A DNA stretch of 41,380 bases, taken from NCBI GenBank assembly GCA_964469485.1, contig CAYXZP010000005.1, positions 1 to 41,380 of the forward strand, read 5' to 3'. This DNA comes from an uncultured Myxococcales bacterium. Lineage in GTDB: Bacteria; Desulfobacterota; Binatia; UBA1149; CAYXZP01. This document shows positions 27,057 to 36,287 of this stretch, one piece after another. The translations under genes and the position numbers were made by a program. The notes under the pieces were generated by a model that saw only the letters and a program-made list of their open reading frames with translations, was not told the origin of the DNA and did no database searches. Numbering within the stretch: the stretch's first letter is position 1; every line of letters begins with the position of its first letter.

Positions 27057-27860
27057 ATGGACCTGGGACTCAAAGACGCGGCCGTCGTGGTAAGCGGCGG
27101 CAGCAAGGGCATGGGGCGGGCCGCGGCCGAGTCCTTTGCCGCCGAGGGCGCACGGGTGGCCGTGCTGGCCCGTGGCCAGGCCGCCCTGGACCAGACCGTG
27201 GCCCACCTGGCCGAGCTTGGCAGTCCCGACGCGGTCGGCCTGAGCGTCGACCTGCACGACAGCGCCGCGGTCGAGGCCGCTTTCGACGAGCTTGGCGCGC
27301 GCTGGGGCCAGCTAAACGCCCTGGTCAACGCCGCCGGCCCCGGAAGTGCCGGCCCGTTCGAGGCATTGGACGACCAGGCCTGGCTCGAAACCTTCGAGAT
27401 GGGAACCATGAGCGCGGTGCGCACGGTGCGGGCCGCAGTTCCCTGGCTAAAAAAGGCCGCCTGGGCACGCATCGTCAATCTGGCCGCCTATTCGGTGAGA
27501 CGCCAAAGCCCCGGCCTTGTCGCCTACACCGCGGCCAAGGCGGCGCTTACCAGCGTATCGAAGAACCTTGCGCGCAGTCTTGCCGCCGACGGCATAAGTG
27601 TGAACACGGTGAGCCCGGGCATGTTCATGTCCGACAGTCTTACCGCGTACCTCGAGTCTGTGGCCCAGGCCAAGGGCATCGACCCCCATGACCCCGGCGA
27701 CGCCCACCGCGTGATGGTCGAAGAGTACGGCGGCGCGGTCGATATGGGACGGGCAGGGCTACCCTCTGAGATAGGACCGGTCATCGTCTTTCTGGCCTCC
27801 AAGGCCAACAGTTACATGACCGGGGCCAATGTGAACGTGGACGGCGGCACCGATTTTTGA
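27057..27860 (+). CDS. Short-chain dehydrogenase/reductase (SDR)
   Basis: Start moved to ATG 27057; MDLGLKD..VVSGGSKGMG, YTAAK, VNTVSPG, YMTGANVNVDGG. Confidence 0.9.
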   Translation: MDLGLKDAAVVVSGGSKGMGRAAAESFAAEGARVAVLARGQAALDQTVAHLAELGSPDAVGLSVDLHDSAAVEAAFDELGARWGQLNALVNAAGPGSAGPFEALDDQAWLETFEMGTMSAVRTVRAAVPWLKKAAWARIVNLAAYSVRRQSPGLVAYTAAKAALTSVSKNLARSLAADGISVNTVSPGMFMSDSLTAYLESVAQAKGIDPHDPGDAHRVMVEEYGGAVDMGRAGLPSEIGPVIVFLASKANSYMTGANVNVDGGTDF

Positions 27861-28945
27861 TGTCCGAGCTGGCCGACACCCTCCTTTCGGGACGTTCTTG
27901 GGATGAGCTTTGCCAGGCGCTTCGTGAGGCCGGGCTCCAGGTCCTTGCAAGCGAGGACAGCGGTGACGGTCTCGACCGCGCCGAAGCATTGCGCTTGGTC
28001 TCGCGCCTGCTGCGCGGAGGGCTGGAGAACTTCGTCGAACACAACGACCCGGCCGCGCCACGGCTGGTATCGACCTGTCACGAAACGATAAAGATAGTGG
28101 CCGAGAACCCCGACAACAACTACCTTTCATCTGCCGTCAGCGCCGCCCATGACTACCGGGTCTGGGGCCGGCGCGGGACGGCCGCATGGCTGAGCTTCAA
28201 CACGCATGCCGGCGGCTTCGGAAGCGGGGGCCGGGGAACGGCCGCGGTAATGAACGGCCGCGACCTTGACACCGACGACGACGGAAGTTTCGAGCTGTTC
28301 TTGTCCAGCAACGAACGGTCCGGAAACTGGCTACGGCTCGACGAGGACAGCACCCACTTCATCGTTCGCGAGACGGTGGCCGACCCGGCAAGCGAAGAAC
28401 AAGCCGAGCTATCCATCGAACGGACCGACGGCGGTGGACCGCCGCCACCGGCCGACCCCGAGGAGTTAGCTCGTCAGATGGCCGCTGTCGGCCAGTACGT
28501 CGGTCTGGTCTCGGGTATGGCCGATGCTTGGGCCCGGGCCAACGCAGAGCGGCCCTTCGAGTTCGTCGACCTCGGTCCCGGGGCGGCCCTGGCCTATGCC
28601 GACCCTGAGATAATATTTCATCAAGCCTACTGGGAACTGGCCGACGACGAGGCCCTCCTGGTCGATGTCACACCGCCCGATTGCCAGTACTGGGGCTTTT
28701 GCCTTTACAACCGTTGGTTGGAATCGCTCGACTACCGTTATCACCCGATATCGCTCAACAAGCGCAGCGCACAACTCAGCGACGATGGCCGTCTCGGCAT
28801 CGCCGTGGCCGCCAAGGACCCCGGCCTCCCCGACCACCCCAACTGGCTCGACAGGGCCGGCCACCGCCGCGGGACCATCGGAGTGCGTTGGGTGGGAATG
28901 GGCGTCGAGGACGTGATACCTCAGTGCCGCGTCGTAAAGGTCTGA
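27860..28945 (+). CDS. DUF1214-like conserved hypothetical protein
   Basis: TGATG overlap with the SDR; W..LC..L..AG, DRAEALR, ENPDNNY, YRVWG.RG, DGSFEL, GNWL, W.LADDEAL, WLESLDY, DPG...NWLD.AGH..G...RW pattern recalled for this family. Confidence 0.65.
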   Translation: MSELADTLLSGRSWDELCQALREAGLQVLASEDSGDGLDRAEALRLVSRLLRGGLENFVEHNDPAAPRLVSTCHETIKIVAENPDNNYLSSAVSAAHDYRVWGRRGTAAWLSFNTHAGGFGSGGRGTAAVMNGRDLDTDDDGSFELFLSSNERSGNWLRLDEDSTHFIVRETVADPASEEQAELSIERTDGGGPPPPADPEELARQMAAVGQYVGLVSGMADAWARANAERPFEFVDLGPGAALAYADPEIIFHQAYWELADDEALLVDVTPPDCQYWGFCLYNRWLESLDYRYHPISLNKRSAQLSDDGRLGIAVAAKDPGLPDHPNWLDRAGHRRGTIGVRWVGMGVEDVIPQCRVVKV

Positions 28946-28959
28946 GACAAGGAAACGCG

Positions 28960-30441
28960 ATGAAGAACAAAGCCTACCAAATGTACATCGACGGCGTCTG
29001 GACCGAGGCGGCCTCCGGGCGGCGCTACGAGCTTCCCAACCCGGCCACCGAGGAGACCATCGCCTCGGTGCCCGACGCCGGCATAGACGACTTGCGGCGC
29101 GCCATAGAGGCCGCGCGCCGTGCTTTCGACGAGGGGCCCTGGCCGCGTTCATCGCGCCAAGAACGGGCCGAGATGATAGGCCGTCTCATCGAGGGGCTAG
29201 AGGCACGCAAGGAAGAGTTCCGCGAGGTACTGGTGGCCGCCCACGCCGCCGAGCACATCACCCACTTCGTACAGCTGGACACCCCGGTCGACCATCTACG
29301 GCTTTACCAACAACTGGCCCTCGACTTCGACCCGGCCCAGCCGATCACCGCCTCCAAGGCCATGACGCCCATGGGCGAGATAGACGTGGCCGGCATCGCC
29401 TACCGCCAACCGGTCGGGGTCTGCGGGCTGATACCGACCTGGAACTTCCCGCTCTACATAAGCGCCCAGAAGCTCGGCCCGCTGCTGGCCACCGGTTGCA
29501 CGGCGGTGGTAAAGCCTTCGCCCTTTGGTCCGCTCATCGACGTTATGCTGGCCGAGATTCTCGACGGCATCGGCCTACCCCCTGGCGTTGTGAACGTGGT
29601 GACCGGCCAGGGCCCCGAACTCGGCGCCGAGCTTACCGAGAGCCCCATGGTCGACAAGATCAGCTTCACCGGCTCCTGCGATGTCGGTAAGCGCGTGATG
29701 GCCGCGGCCGCGGGCACCCTCAAGCGGCTGCATCTAGAGCTTGGCGGCAAGTCGGCCCAGATAGTGCTCGACGATGCCGACCTCGACCTCCAATCGATGG
29801 TCGCTTCCTCGCCCTCCTACTTTCACGCCGGCCAGGGCTGCGCGATGAACACCCGGGTACTGGTCAGCCGCGGGCGCCACGACGAGCTGGTCGACAAGAT
29901 GACCGCCTTCGTCACCAATGTCGTAAAGGTCGGTGACCCCGCCGACCCCGATGTCATGCTGGGTCCGGTCATTAGGGCCGAACGCCGCGATGCCATCGAA
30001 GAGTACATAGATTCGGGCAAGACCGAAGGGGCCGAGCTTGCCACCGGCGGCCGGCGGCCGGCCCATCTGGCGCGCGGCTACTTCATCGAACCGACCATCT
30101 TCGCCAATGTCCGAAACGACATGCGCATCGCCCGCGAGGAAATCTTCGGGCCGGTGGTATCCGTCATCCCCTTCGACGACGAAGAGGACGCCATCCGCAT
30201 TGCCAACGATTCCGACTATGGTCTGTTCGGCGGCATCGCCACCGCACCGACACCGGAGGCCACCGAACACGCTCGCGAGATGGCCAAGCGTATCCGCACC
30301 GGCGGTATCTCGATAAACGGCGCCGTCAGTGTGGTCCATTCACCGTTTGGCGGTTTCAAGCAGTCGGGCCTTGGGCGCGAGGGCGGGATGTTCGGGATAC
30401 ACGAGTTCACCGAGGTCCAATCGATAAACTGGCCGGCCTGA
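28960..30441 (+). CDS. Aldehyde dehydrogenase (NAD(P)+)
   Basis: Start moved to ATG 28960 (AAGGA RBS); NPAT, WNFP, VKPS, FTGS, LELGGKS, AGQGC, EEIFGPV, PFGGFKQSGLGRE. Confidence 0.93.
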   Translation: MKNKAYQMYIDGVWTEAASGRRYELPNPATEETIASVPDAGIDDLRRAIEAARRAFDEGPWPRSSRQERAEMIGRLIEGLEARKEEFREVLVAAHAAEHITHFVQLDTPVDHLRLYQQLALDFDPAQPITASKAMTPMGEIDVAGIAYRQPVGVCGLIPTWNFPLYISAQKLGPLLATGCTAVVKPSPFGPLIDVMLAEILDGIGLPPGVVNVVTGQGPELGAELTESPMVDKISFTGSCDVGKRVMAAAAGTLKRLHLELGGKSAQIVLDDADLDLQSMVASSPSYFHAGQGCAMNTRVLVSRGRHDELVDKMTAFVTNVVKVGDPADPDVMLGPVIRAERRDAIEEYIDSGKTEGAELATGGRRPAHLARGYFIEPTIFANVRNDMRIAREEIFGPVVSVIPFDDEEDAIRIANDSDYGLFGGIATAPTPEATEHAREMAKRIRTGGISINGAVSVVHSPFGGFKQSGLGREGGMFGIHEFTEVQSINWPA

Positions 30442-30475
30442 GCCGGGGAGTGGACAGGCCCGGGACCGTCTGATT

Positions 30476-30494
30476 ATCTGACGAACCGTCAAAT
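30476..30494. promoter_or_regulatory. Palindromic operator ATCTGAC-N5-GTCAAAT (site 3), overlapping the amidohydrolase start
   Basis: atctgacgaaccgtcaaat; 16/19 identical to the 9059 site. Confidence 0.68.
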
Positions 30495-31806
30495 GATGAA
30501 TCTCGACGACATGATACTTGTCAGCGTCGACGACCATGTCGTCGAACCTCCCGATATGTTCGACGGGCGTTTGCCGGAAAAGTACAAGGACCGAGCCCCA
30601 CGGGTGGTACGCAAGAGCGACGGCTCCGACGTCTGGCTCTTTGAAGGCAACCAACTTCCCAACATCGGACTGAACGCCGTCGTCGGCCGCCCACCCAAAG
30701 AATACGGGGTCGAACCGACCGCCTACGACCAGATGCGCCCGGGCTGTTATGACATCGACGCACGAATCGGCGACATGAACGTCAACGGCGTACTGGCCTC
30801 GATGTGCTTCCCTTCTTTTCCGTCGTTCTGCGGCCAGCTGTTCGCCAACACCGAAGACAAAGCGATGGCGCTGGCCATGCTGCGCGCCTACAACGACTGG
30901 CACATCGACGGGTGGTGCGGGAGCTACCCCGGACGCTTCATCCCGCTGGCGCTGCCGGTGATGTGGGACGCCGGACTGATGGCCGAAGAGGTTCGGCGTT
31001 GCGCGGCCAAGGGCTGCCACGCGATGAGTTTTTCGGAAAATCCCGAAAAACTCGGCTTCCCCAGTCTCCACGACCCCTCTTGGGACCCGGTCTGGCAGGC
31101 CTGTTCGGACACTGCCACGGTGGTCTGCATCCACATCGGCTCGGCCGCCGGCATGAGCTTTACCTCGATGGACTCACCGGTGGACGTGATGATAACCGTC
31201 TCGCCCATGAACATTTTCGGTTGCGCGGCCGACCTTGTCTTCTCCAGCGTGCTGCGCCGCTTTCCCGACCTCAAGATCGCGCTTTCCGAAGGCGGCATAG
31301 GATGGATACCCTACTTCCTCGAACGCGTTGATTACGTCTACGAACACCACCACCAGTGGACCAATCAGGACTTCGGCGGGCGCCTGCCGAGCGACGTGTT
31401 CCGCGAACACATCATCACCTGTTTCATCGAGGACCCGGTCGGTGTAGCCGTGCGCGACAAGATAGGCGTGGACACTATGTGCTGGGAATGCGACTACCCG
31501 CATTCGGACACCACCTGGCCCGAGTCCCCCGAACGTCTGATGCGAAGTTTCGAAGGTGTAAGCGACGAGGACATTAACAAGATAACCCACGAAAACGCCC
31601 TCAGCGCCTTCGCGCTCGACCCCTTTGCCCACATTCCGCGCCAGCAATGCACCGTCGGTGCTTTGCGTGCCCAGGCCACCGAGGTCGACCTGAGTCTAAA
31701 GAGCGCGGGTGGGCACGCACCCACCGAGGACTCGGCCCGGCCGGTGACCTCCCAAGACATCGTCGACCAGTTGGCCACGGCCTTCTCCACCCCGGCCGAC
31801 CCCTAA
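30493..31806 (+). CDS. Amidohydrolase_2 family protein
   Basis: LVSVDDHVVEPP, MRPGCYD..ARI.DM, AYNDW, IHIGS, LSEGGIGWIP, WECDYPHSD. Confidence 0.9.
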   Translation: MMNLDDMILVSVDDHVVEPPDMFDGRLPEKYKDRAPRVVRKSDGSDVWLFEGNQLPNIGLNAVVGRPPKEYGVEPTAYDQMRPGCYDIDARIGDMNVNGVLASMCFPSFPSFCGQLFANTEDKAMALAMLRAYNDWHIDGWCGSYPGRFIPLALPVMWDAGLMAEEVRRCAAKGCHAMSFSENPEKLGFPSLHDPSWDPVWQACSDTATVVCIHIGSAAGMSFTSMDSPVDVMITVSPMNIFGCAADLVFSSVLRRFPDLKIALSEGGIGWIPYFLERVDYVYEHHHQWTNQDFGGRLPSDVFREHIITCFIEDPVGVAVRDKIGVDTMCWECDYPHSDTTWPESPERLMRSFEGVSDEDINKITHENALSAFALDPFAHIPRQQCTVGALRAQATEVDLSLKSAGGHAPTEDSARPVTSQDIVDQLATAFSTPADP

Positions 31807-31831
31807 GGCCGAATCGAAGAAAGGAGAACCA

Positions 31832-32581
31832 ATGCGCTTCAACAACAAGGTCGCCGTGGTGACCGGCTCGGGACAAGGAATAGGCGAAGCATATGCCAAA
31901 GGGCTGGCCGCTGAGGGTGCCGCGGTGGTCATAGCCGAACTAAACGAGGAACAGGGCCAGCGGGTGGCCTCCGAAATAGAGGCCTCGGGCGGACAGGCGC
32001 TGTTCGTAAGGACCGACGTCGCCGATGAGGAATCGACGGTCGCCATGGGAAAGGCGGCCACAGAGGCTTTCGGTGGCGTCGATTATCTGGTCAACAACGC
32101 GGCCATCTACAAGAGCATGGAGATGCACTCCATGCTCGACATGCCCATCGACTATTGGGACCGCTTCATGCGGGTGAACATGACCGGAGCACTGCTGGCC
32201 ACACGCGCAGTCTATGAATCCATGACCGAACGCGGCGGCGGTGCCATCGTCAACCAATCATCTACCGCAGCCTGGATGGCGGCGGGTTATTACGGTATCG
32301 CCAAGCTTGCCCTTCACGGTGTCACCCATTCGCTGGCCGCTGAGCTTGGTGGACGTAACATAAGGGTCAACGCCATCGCTCCGGGGCCGGTCGATACCGA
32401 GGCCACACGCACCGTGGTCCCCGATGGGATAATAGACGATATCGTGGGCGGCCTTCAGCTAAAGCGCGTGGGCCAACCCGAGGACATGGTTGGCACCTGC
32501 CTGTTCCTTTTGTCCGACGATGCCGCCTGGGTCACCGCCCAGATAGTGGCCGTCGACGGCGGCCAGATAATGCGCGCCTGA
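31832..32581 (+). CDS. Short-chain dehydrogenase/reductase (SDR)
   Basis: AAGGAG RBS; VVTGSGQGIG, NNAA, YGIAK, VNAIAPG, VDGG. Confidence 0.93.
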   Translation: MRFNNKVAVVTGSGQGIGEAYAKGLAAEGAAVVIAELNEEQGQRVASEIEASGGQALFVRTDVADEESTVAMGKAATEAFGGVDYLVNNAAIYKSMEMHSMLDMPIDYWDRFMRVNMTGALLATRAVYESMTERGGGAIVNQSSTAAWMAAGYYGIAKLALHGVTHSLAAELGGRNIRVNAIAPGPVDTEATRTVVPDGIIDDIVGGLQLKRVGQPEDMVGTCLFLLSDDAAWVTAQIVAVDGGQIMRA

Positions 32582-32596
32582 GGCCCTAGGGCCGCC

Positions 32597-33013
32597 GTGA
32601 GCAATAACCCGACCCGAATTCTTCCCCAACTCTTGCCGGAAAACGAGTTCTTCTGGACCGCCGGCGCCGATGGGCGGCTGCGGGTGCTTGGCTGCAGCGA
32701 TTGCGGCCATTACCTGCACCCGCCCGCGCCTCTTTGCCCAAAATGCATGGGCCGGAATCTGGCCCCCGAAGAGGTCTCGGGCAAGGCCGAGGTCATCACC
32801 TTCACTATCAACCACCAGCCTTGGATACCCGGCTTCGAGCCGCCATATGCAATAGCCATAGTCGAGCTTGCCGAACAGAAGGGACTGCGAGTGACGACCA
32901 ACATCGTCGGCTGTGAGCCCGACGAGGTCGCCATCGGCATGAAGGTGCAGGTCGTTTTCGAGGACGCGGGTCAAGGCGTGTTCCTTCCGCTGTTCGAACC
33001 GGAGGGCCGGTGA
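32597..33013 (+). CDS. Zn-ribbon + OB-fold protein (DUF35)
   Basis: FFWTAG...CSDCG..LHPP.PLCPKC, VSGKAEV.TFT, PYAIAIVELAEQ; GTGA overlap with the thiolase. Confidence 0.9.
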   Translation: MSNNPTRILPQLLPENEFFWTAGADGRLRVLGCSDCGHYLHPPAPLCPKCMGRNLAPEEVSGKAEVITFTINHQPWIPGFEPPYAIAIVELAEQKGLRVTTNIVGCEPDEVAIGMKVQVVFEDAGQGVFLPLFEPEGR

Positions 33014-34200
33014 GCGAGCGCTTCGAGGACCGGGTCGTCATATCCGGGCTCGGCCAATCCGATGTCGGCCGCCGCACGGGCCGCGACCCCCTGGCACTGA
33101 CCGTCGACGCCTGTCTGGGGGCCATCGAGGACGCCGGGCTCGAGCGTGACGACATAGACGGTCTTTCGACTTATCCCGGTATGGCCGTAGCCGCCGCGCC
33201 CGGTTTCAGCGGAGCAAGCGCCACGGACGTGCAAGAGGCGCTCCGGCTCAAGCTCAACTGGTTCACCGGCGGGCTCGAGATGCCCGGACAGCTCGGCTCC
33301 ATCGTCAACGCGGCCATGGCCGTGGCCACGGGGCTATGCCGCCACGTTCTATGTTTTCGGACCGTGTGGGAATCGACGGCCCAGGGCGGCGGGCCACGCA
33401 AGGGCATCGGCGTGGGCACTAGCGGTCCCTTCCGGGCCACCGGCCAGCAGCAGTGGACCCTTCCCTTCGGCGCAGCTTCGGCCGCCAATTGGATAGCGCT
33501 CATGGCCCAGCGCCATTTTCATGAATACGGAACCACCCGCGAGCAGTTGGCCTGGGTAGCGCTAAACGGACGGCGTCACGCCGCTCTCAACCCCGATGCC
33601 ATCTATCGCCAAGAGCTAACGATGGACGACTATATGTCGGCACGTATGATCTCGACGCCCTTCTGCCTTTACGACTGCGACGTTCCGGTGGATGCCAGTA
33701 CGGCCATCGTCGTCTCGTCGGCCGATACCGTGGCCGACCTGGCCCACTCGGTTCGCGTGGAGGCCGTGGGTACGGCCATCCATGACCGACCGAGCTGGGA
33801 CCAGTGGGGCGACCTCACGACCATGGCCGCGCGCGATGCGGCGGCCCAGATGTGGTCGCGTACTGATCTCGGGCCGGACGACATCGACGTGGCCGAACTC
33901 TACGACGGCTTCAGCTTCATAACGCTTGCCTGGTTGGAGGCCCTGGGCTTTTGCGACAAGGGCCAGGCCGGCCCCTTCATCGAGGGGGGCGAGCGCATCG
34001 CGCTCACCGGCCAACTGCCGCTCAACACACACGGCGGCCAGTTGTCGGCCGGACGTCTGCACGGTTACGGCTTCCTGCATGAGGCCTGCCTGCAGCTTCG
34101 CGGTGAGTGCGGCGCGCGCCAGGTGGCCAATCCCATGGTAGCTGTGGCGGCGGCCGGCGGCGGTCCGCTCGGCGCCAGCATCCTTGTAAGGCGCGACTGA
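33010..34200 (+). CDS. Thiolase-fold protein (SCP-x/Ltp-like, no N-domain catalytic Cys)
   Basis: VVISGLGQS, LYDCDVPVD, ELYDGFS, NTHGGQLSAGRLHG. Confidence 0.87.
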   Translation: MSERFEDRVVISGLGQSDVGRRTGRDPLALTVDACLGAIEDAGLERDDIDGLSTYPGMAVAAAPGFSGASATDVQEALRLKLNWFTGGLEMPGQLGSIVNAAMAVATGLCRHVLCFRTVWESTAQGGGPRKGIGVGTSGPFRATGQQQWTLPFGAASAANWIALMAQRHFHEYGTTREQLAWVALNGRRHAALNPDAIYRQELTMDDYMSARMISTPFCLYDCDVPVDASTAIVVSSADTVADLAHSVRVEAVGTAIHDRPSWDQWGDLTTMAARDAAAQMWSRTDLGPDDIDVAELYDGFSFITLAWLEALGFCDKGQAGPFIEGGERIALTGQLPLNTHGGQLSAGRLHGYGFLHEACLQLRGECGARQVANPMVAVAAAGGGPLGASILVRRD

Positions 34201-34206
34201 CCGGCC

Positions 34207-35148
34207 TCAGACCGAGACCGGATAGAACTGCTTGGCCCAGGCCCTGAGCTGGCCGATGGGTCCGTCGGCCTCGCACAAGGCCGGATGTTCCAGGTGTATC
34301 TTGTTCTCCCAGATCGGCATGTCCTGCCCGTACTGCCGTTCTATCTCGGCGATGAAGGCGTCGCCGACAGCGCTCGTGGCCGCCGCGTCGTCTCCTTTCT
34401 TGACGCTGAAGCGGATGACCGTCTCATGGTCCTCCTCGTCTATGCAGGTGCCGGTTATGACCAGCAGCGTGTCGACGATGCCGCTAAACCGGGTAACCCC
34501 GAGCCCGAAGCCGTGTGATTCCACCGTCAGCCTTCCCTCGACCGGTCCCTGGGGCGTGGTGAAGGGAATGCCCGAACGGATACGGAATATGTGTCCGTCG
34601 GTCTCGGCCTCCGTCGTGGTCGGGCTCGGGGTCCCGTGAACGTACTGGAAGTGGGCCGGGTCGACGATGTTCTCCATCTGTTCCTGCGGATGCGAGCGCA
34701 CGCGGAAGCGGCGCAACACCGGACGTGTCCACTCCTCGGAACCGAACTCGGGCAGCTCGGGGACCTCCCAGCTCGGCGGCTGGCCGCCCGAGTGGTACCA
34801 GGTCATGACGGTGCCGTTCTTCTCGGTGACCGGCCAGGCCTTGATGGACGCCTTGGCCGGGATGCGCTTGGCATAGGGTATCTCTACGCATCTGCCCTCG
34901 CCGTCATAGAGCCAGGCATGAAAAGGACAACGTATGCAGTCGCCCTCGACCTTGCCGCCATGGCCGAGATGGGCACCGAGATGGCAGCAATGCGCGTCCA
35001 TGACGTGGGCCCGCCCTTCCTCGCCTCGGAACAGCACCACGTCGCGGCCGAAATAACGGCCGGCCCGCACCTCGCCCGTGGCTAGCTCGTCGCTCTCGCA
35101 CACACGGAACCAACCGTGGGGCATGGGAAGCGGAATGCGCTGGCTCAT
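34207..35148 (-). CDS. Rieske non-heme iron oxygenase, KshA / cholesterol 7-desaturase-like
   Basis: Start moved to ATG 35148 (ATGA overlap); GWF, Rieske CCHLGAH...CPFHAW, mononuclear Fe ENIVDPAHFQYVH and QDMPIWENK. Confidence 0.88.
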   Translation of the reverse strand: MSQRIPLPMPHGWFRVCESDELATGEVRAGRYFGRDVVLFRGEEGRAHVMDAHCCHLGAHLGHGGKVEGDCIRCPFHAWLYDGEGRCVEIPYAKRIPAKASIKAWPVTEKNGTVMTWYHSGGQPPSWEVPELPEFGSEEWTRPVLRRFRVRSHPQEQMENIVDPAHFQYVHGTPSPTTTEAETDGHIFRIRSGIPFTTPQGPVEGRLTVESHGFGLGVTRFSGIVDTLLVITGTCIDEEDHETVIRFSVKKGDDAAATSAVGDAFIAEIERQYGQDMPIWENKIHLEHPALCEADGPIGQLRAWAKQFYPVSV

Positions 35149-36287
35149 GAGCGTTCCTTGCCGAGCACGGTGACGGCCGCCACCGCCGCCTGACCGCCGA
35201 GATTGTGGGCCAGCCCCAAGCGGGCGTCCTTCACTTGGCGCTCGCCACACCCGCCGCGCAACTGCTCGGTGACCTCGTAGATCATCCTCACGCCGGTGGC
35301 GCCTATCGGGTGGCCAAAGGACTTGAGCCCGCCCGAGGGGTTGACGGGTTTTTCACCGTCGAGCGCGAAGCGAAACTCTTCGGCGGCCCGCCCGCCCTGG
35401 CCGCGCTCGCAGAAACCGAGGTCCTCGTAGTTGAGTATCTCGGTGATCGTGAAGCAGTCGTGGGTCTCGGCCAGGTCTATGTCGGCGGCCGTCACGCCGG
35501 CCTGTTCGTAGGCCTGGGCGGCCGCGATGCGGGTGCTCTTGAAACCATCGTAGGCAAAGCCGGGGTCGAACTGCGGCCGTCCGTAGGAAACCGACAGGCC
35601 GAGACCCTTTATATAAACAGGGTCCTTTGCGAACTCGCGGGCCAGTTCGGCCTTGCACAGGACAACGGCGGCCGCACCGTCGGTGGTCGGACAGCAATCG
35701 AAGAGCCCCAGCGGCGCGTAGACCATGGGCGCACCGAGCACCTTGTCCTCGCTTACCTCCATGCGGAGGTGCGCCTTCGGGTTCTTGGCGCCGTTGGCAT
35801 GGTTCTTTATGGCGACCTTGGCGAGCGTCGACTTGTCGGCCCCGTGGTCGACGAAGTAACGGTTGGCCGTCATCGCGAACACGTGCGGGGCCTCGCCGTT
35901 GTCTATCACCGGGTGCGGCGCCGGCAGCCCGCCCATCATCATGTCCTTCATCTTTTCGAAACCGAGCGCGAGGACCACGTCGTACATGCCGGCGGCCACC
36001 GCGAAGGCGGCGTTACGGACGGCCTCCATGCCCGAGGCGCAGTAGTTTTCAACACGGGTGATCGGGATGTCGGTGAGCTTCAAGGGATCGGACAGCGCGT
36101 TGCCCGACATCGCGCTCGACAGCGTCCCCACCCAGGCGGCCTCTATGCGGTCGGGTCCCACGCCGGCGTCGGCCATGGCCGCCAGACCGGCCTCGACAAC
36201 GAGATCCTCGGCCGAACGTTCGAACAACTCTCCGAACTTCGTGCAAGCGGCGCCGACAACGGCGACTTTGTCCCTTATGTCACTCAC
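35145..36287 (-). CDS. Acetyl-CoA acetyltransferase (archaeal/SCP2-type thiolase, catalytic Cys present)
   Basis: Start moved to GTG 36287; RVENYCASG, KNH.NG..NPKAH, DCCPTTDGAAA, ETHDCFT, GHPIGATG, HNLGG. Confidence 0.9.
   Translation of the reverse strand: MSDIRDKVAVVGAACTKFGELFERSAEDLVVEAGLAAMADAGVGPDRIEAAWVGTLSSAMSGNALSDPLKLTDIPITRVENYCASGMEAVRNAAFAVAAGMYDVVLALGFEKMKDMMMGGLPAPHPVIDNGEAPHVFAMTANRYFVDHGADKSTLAKVAIKNHANGAKNPKAHLRMEVSEDKVLGAPMVYAPLGLFDCCPTTDGAAAVVLCKAELAREFAKDPVYIKGLGLSVSYGRPQFDPGFAYDGFKSTRIAAAQAYEQAGVTAADIDLAETHDCFTITEILNYEDLGFCERGQGGRAAEEFRFALDGEKPVNPSGGLKSFGHPIGATGVRMIYEVTEQLRGGCGERQVKDARLGLAHNLGGQAAVAAVTVLGKERS

Noticed and set aside
26364-27257. Apparent head-to-head overlap of the deacylase and SDR ORFs
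   Set aside because: Caused by over-extended starts; family motifs begin at ATG 26972 (-) and ATG 27057 (+), leaving a normal 84-bp divergent gap.
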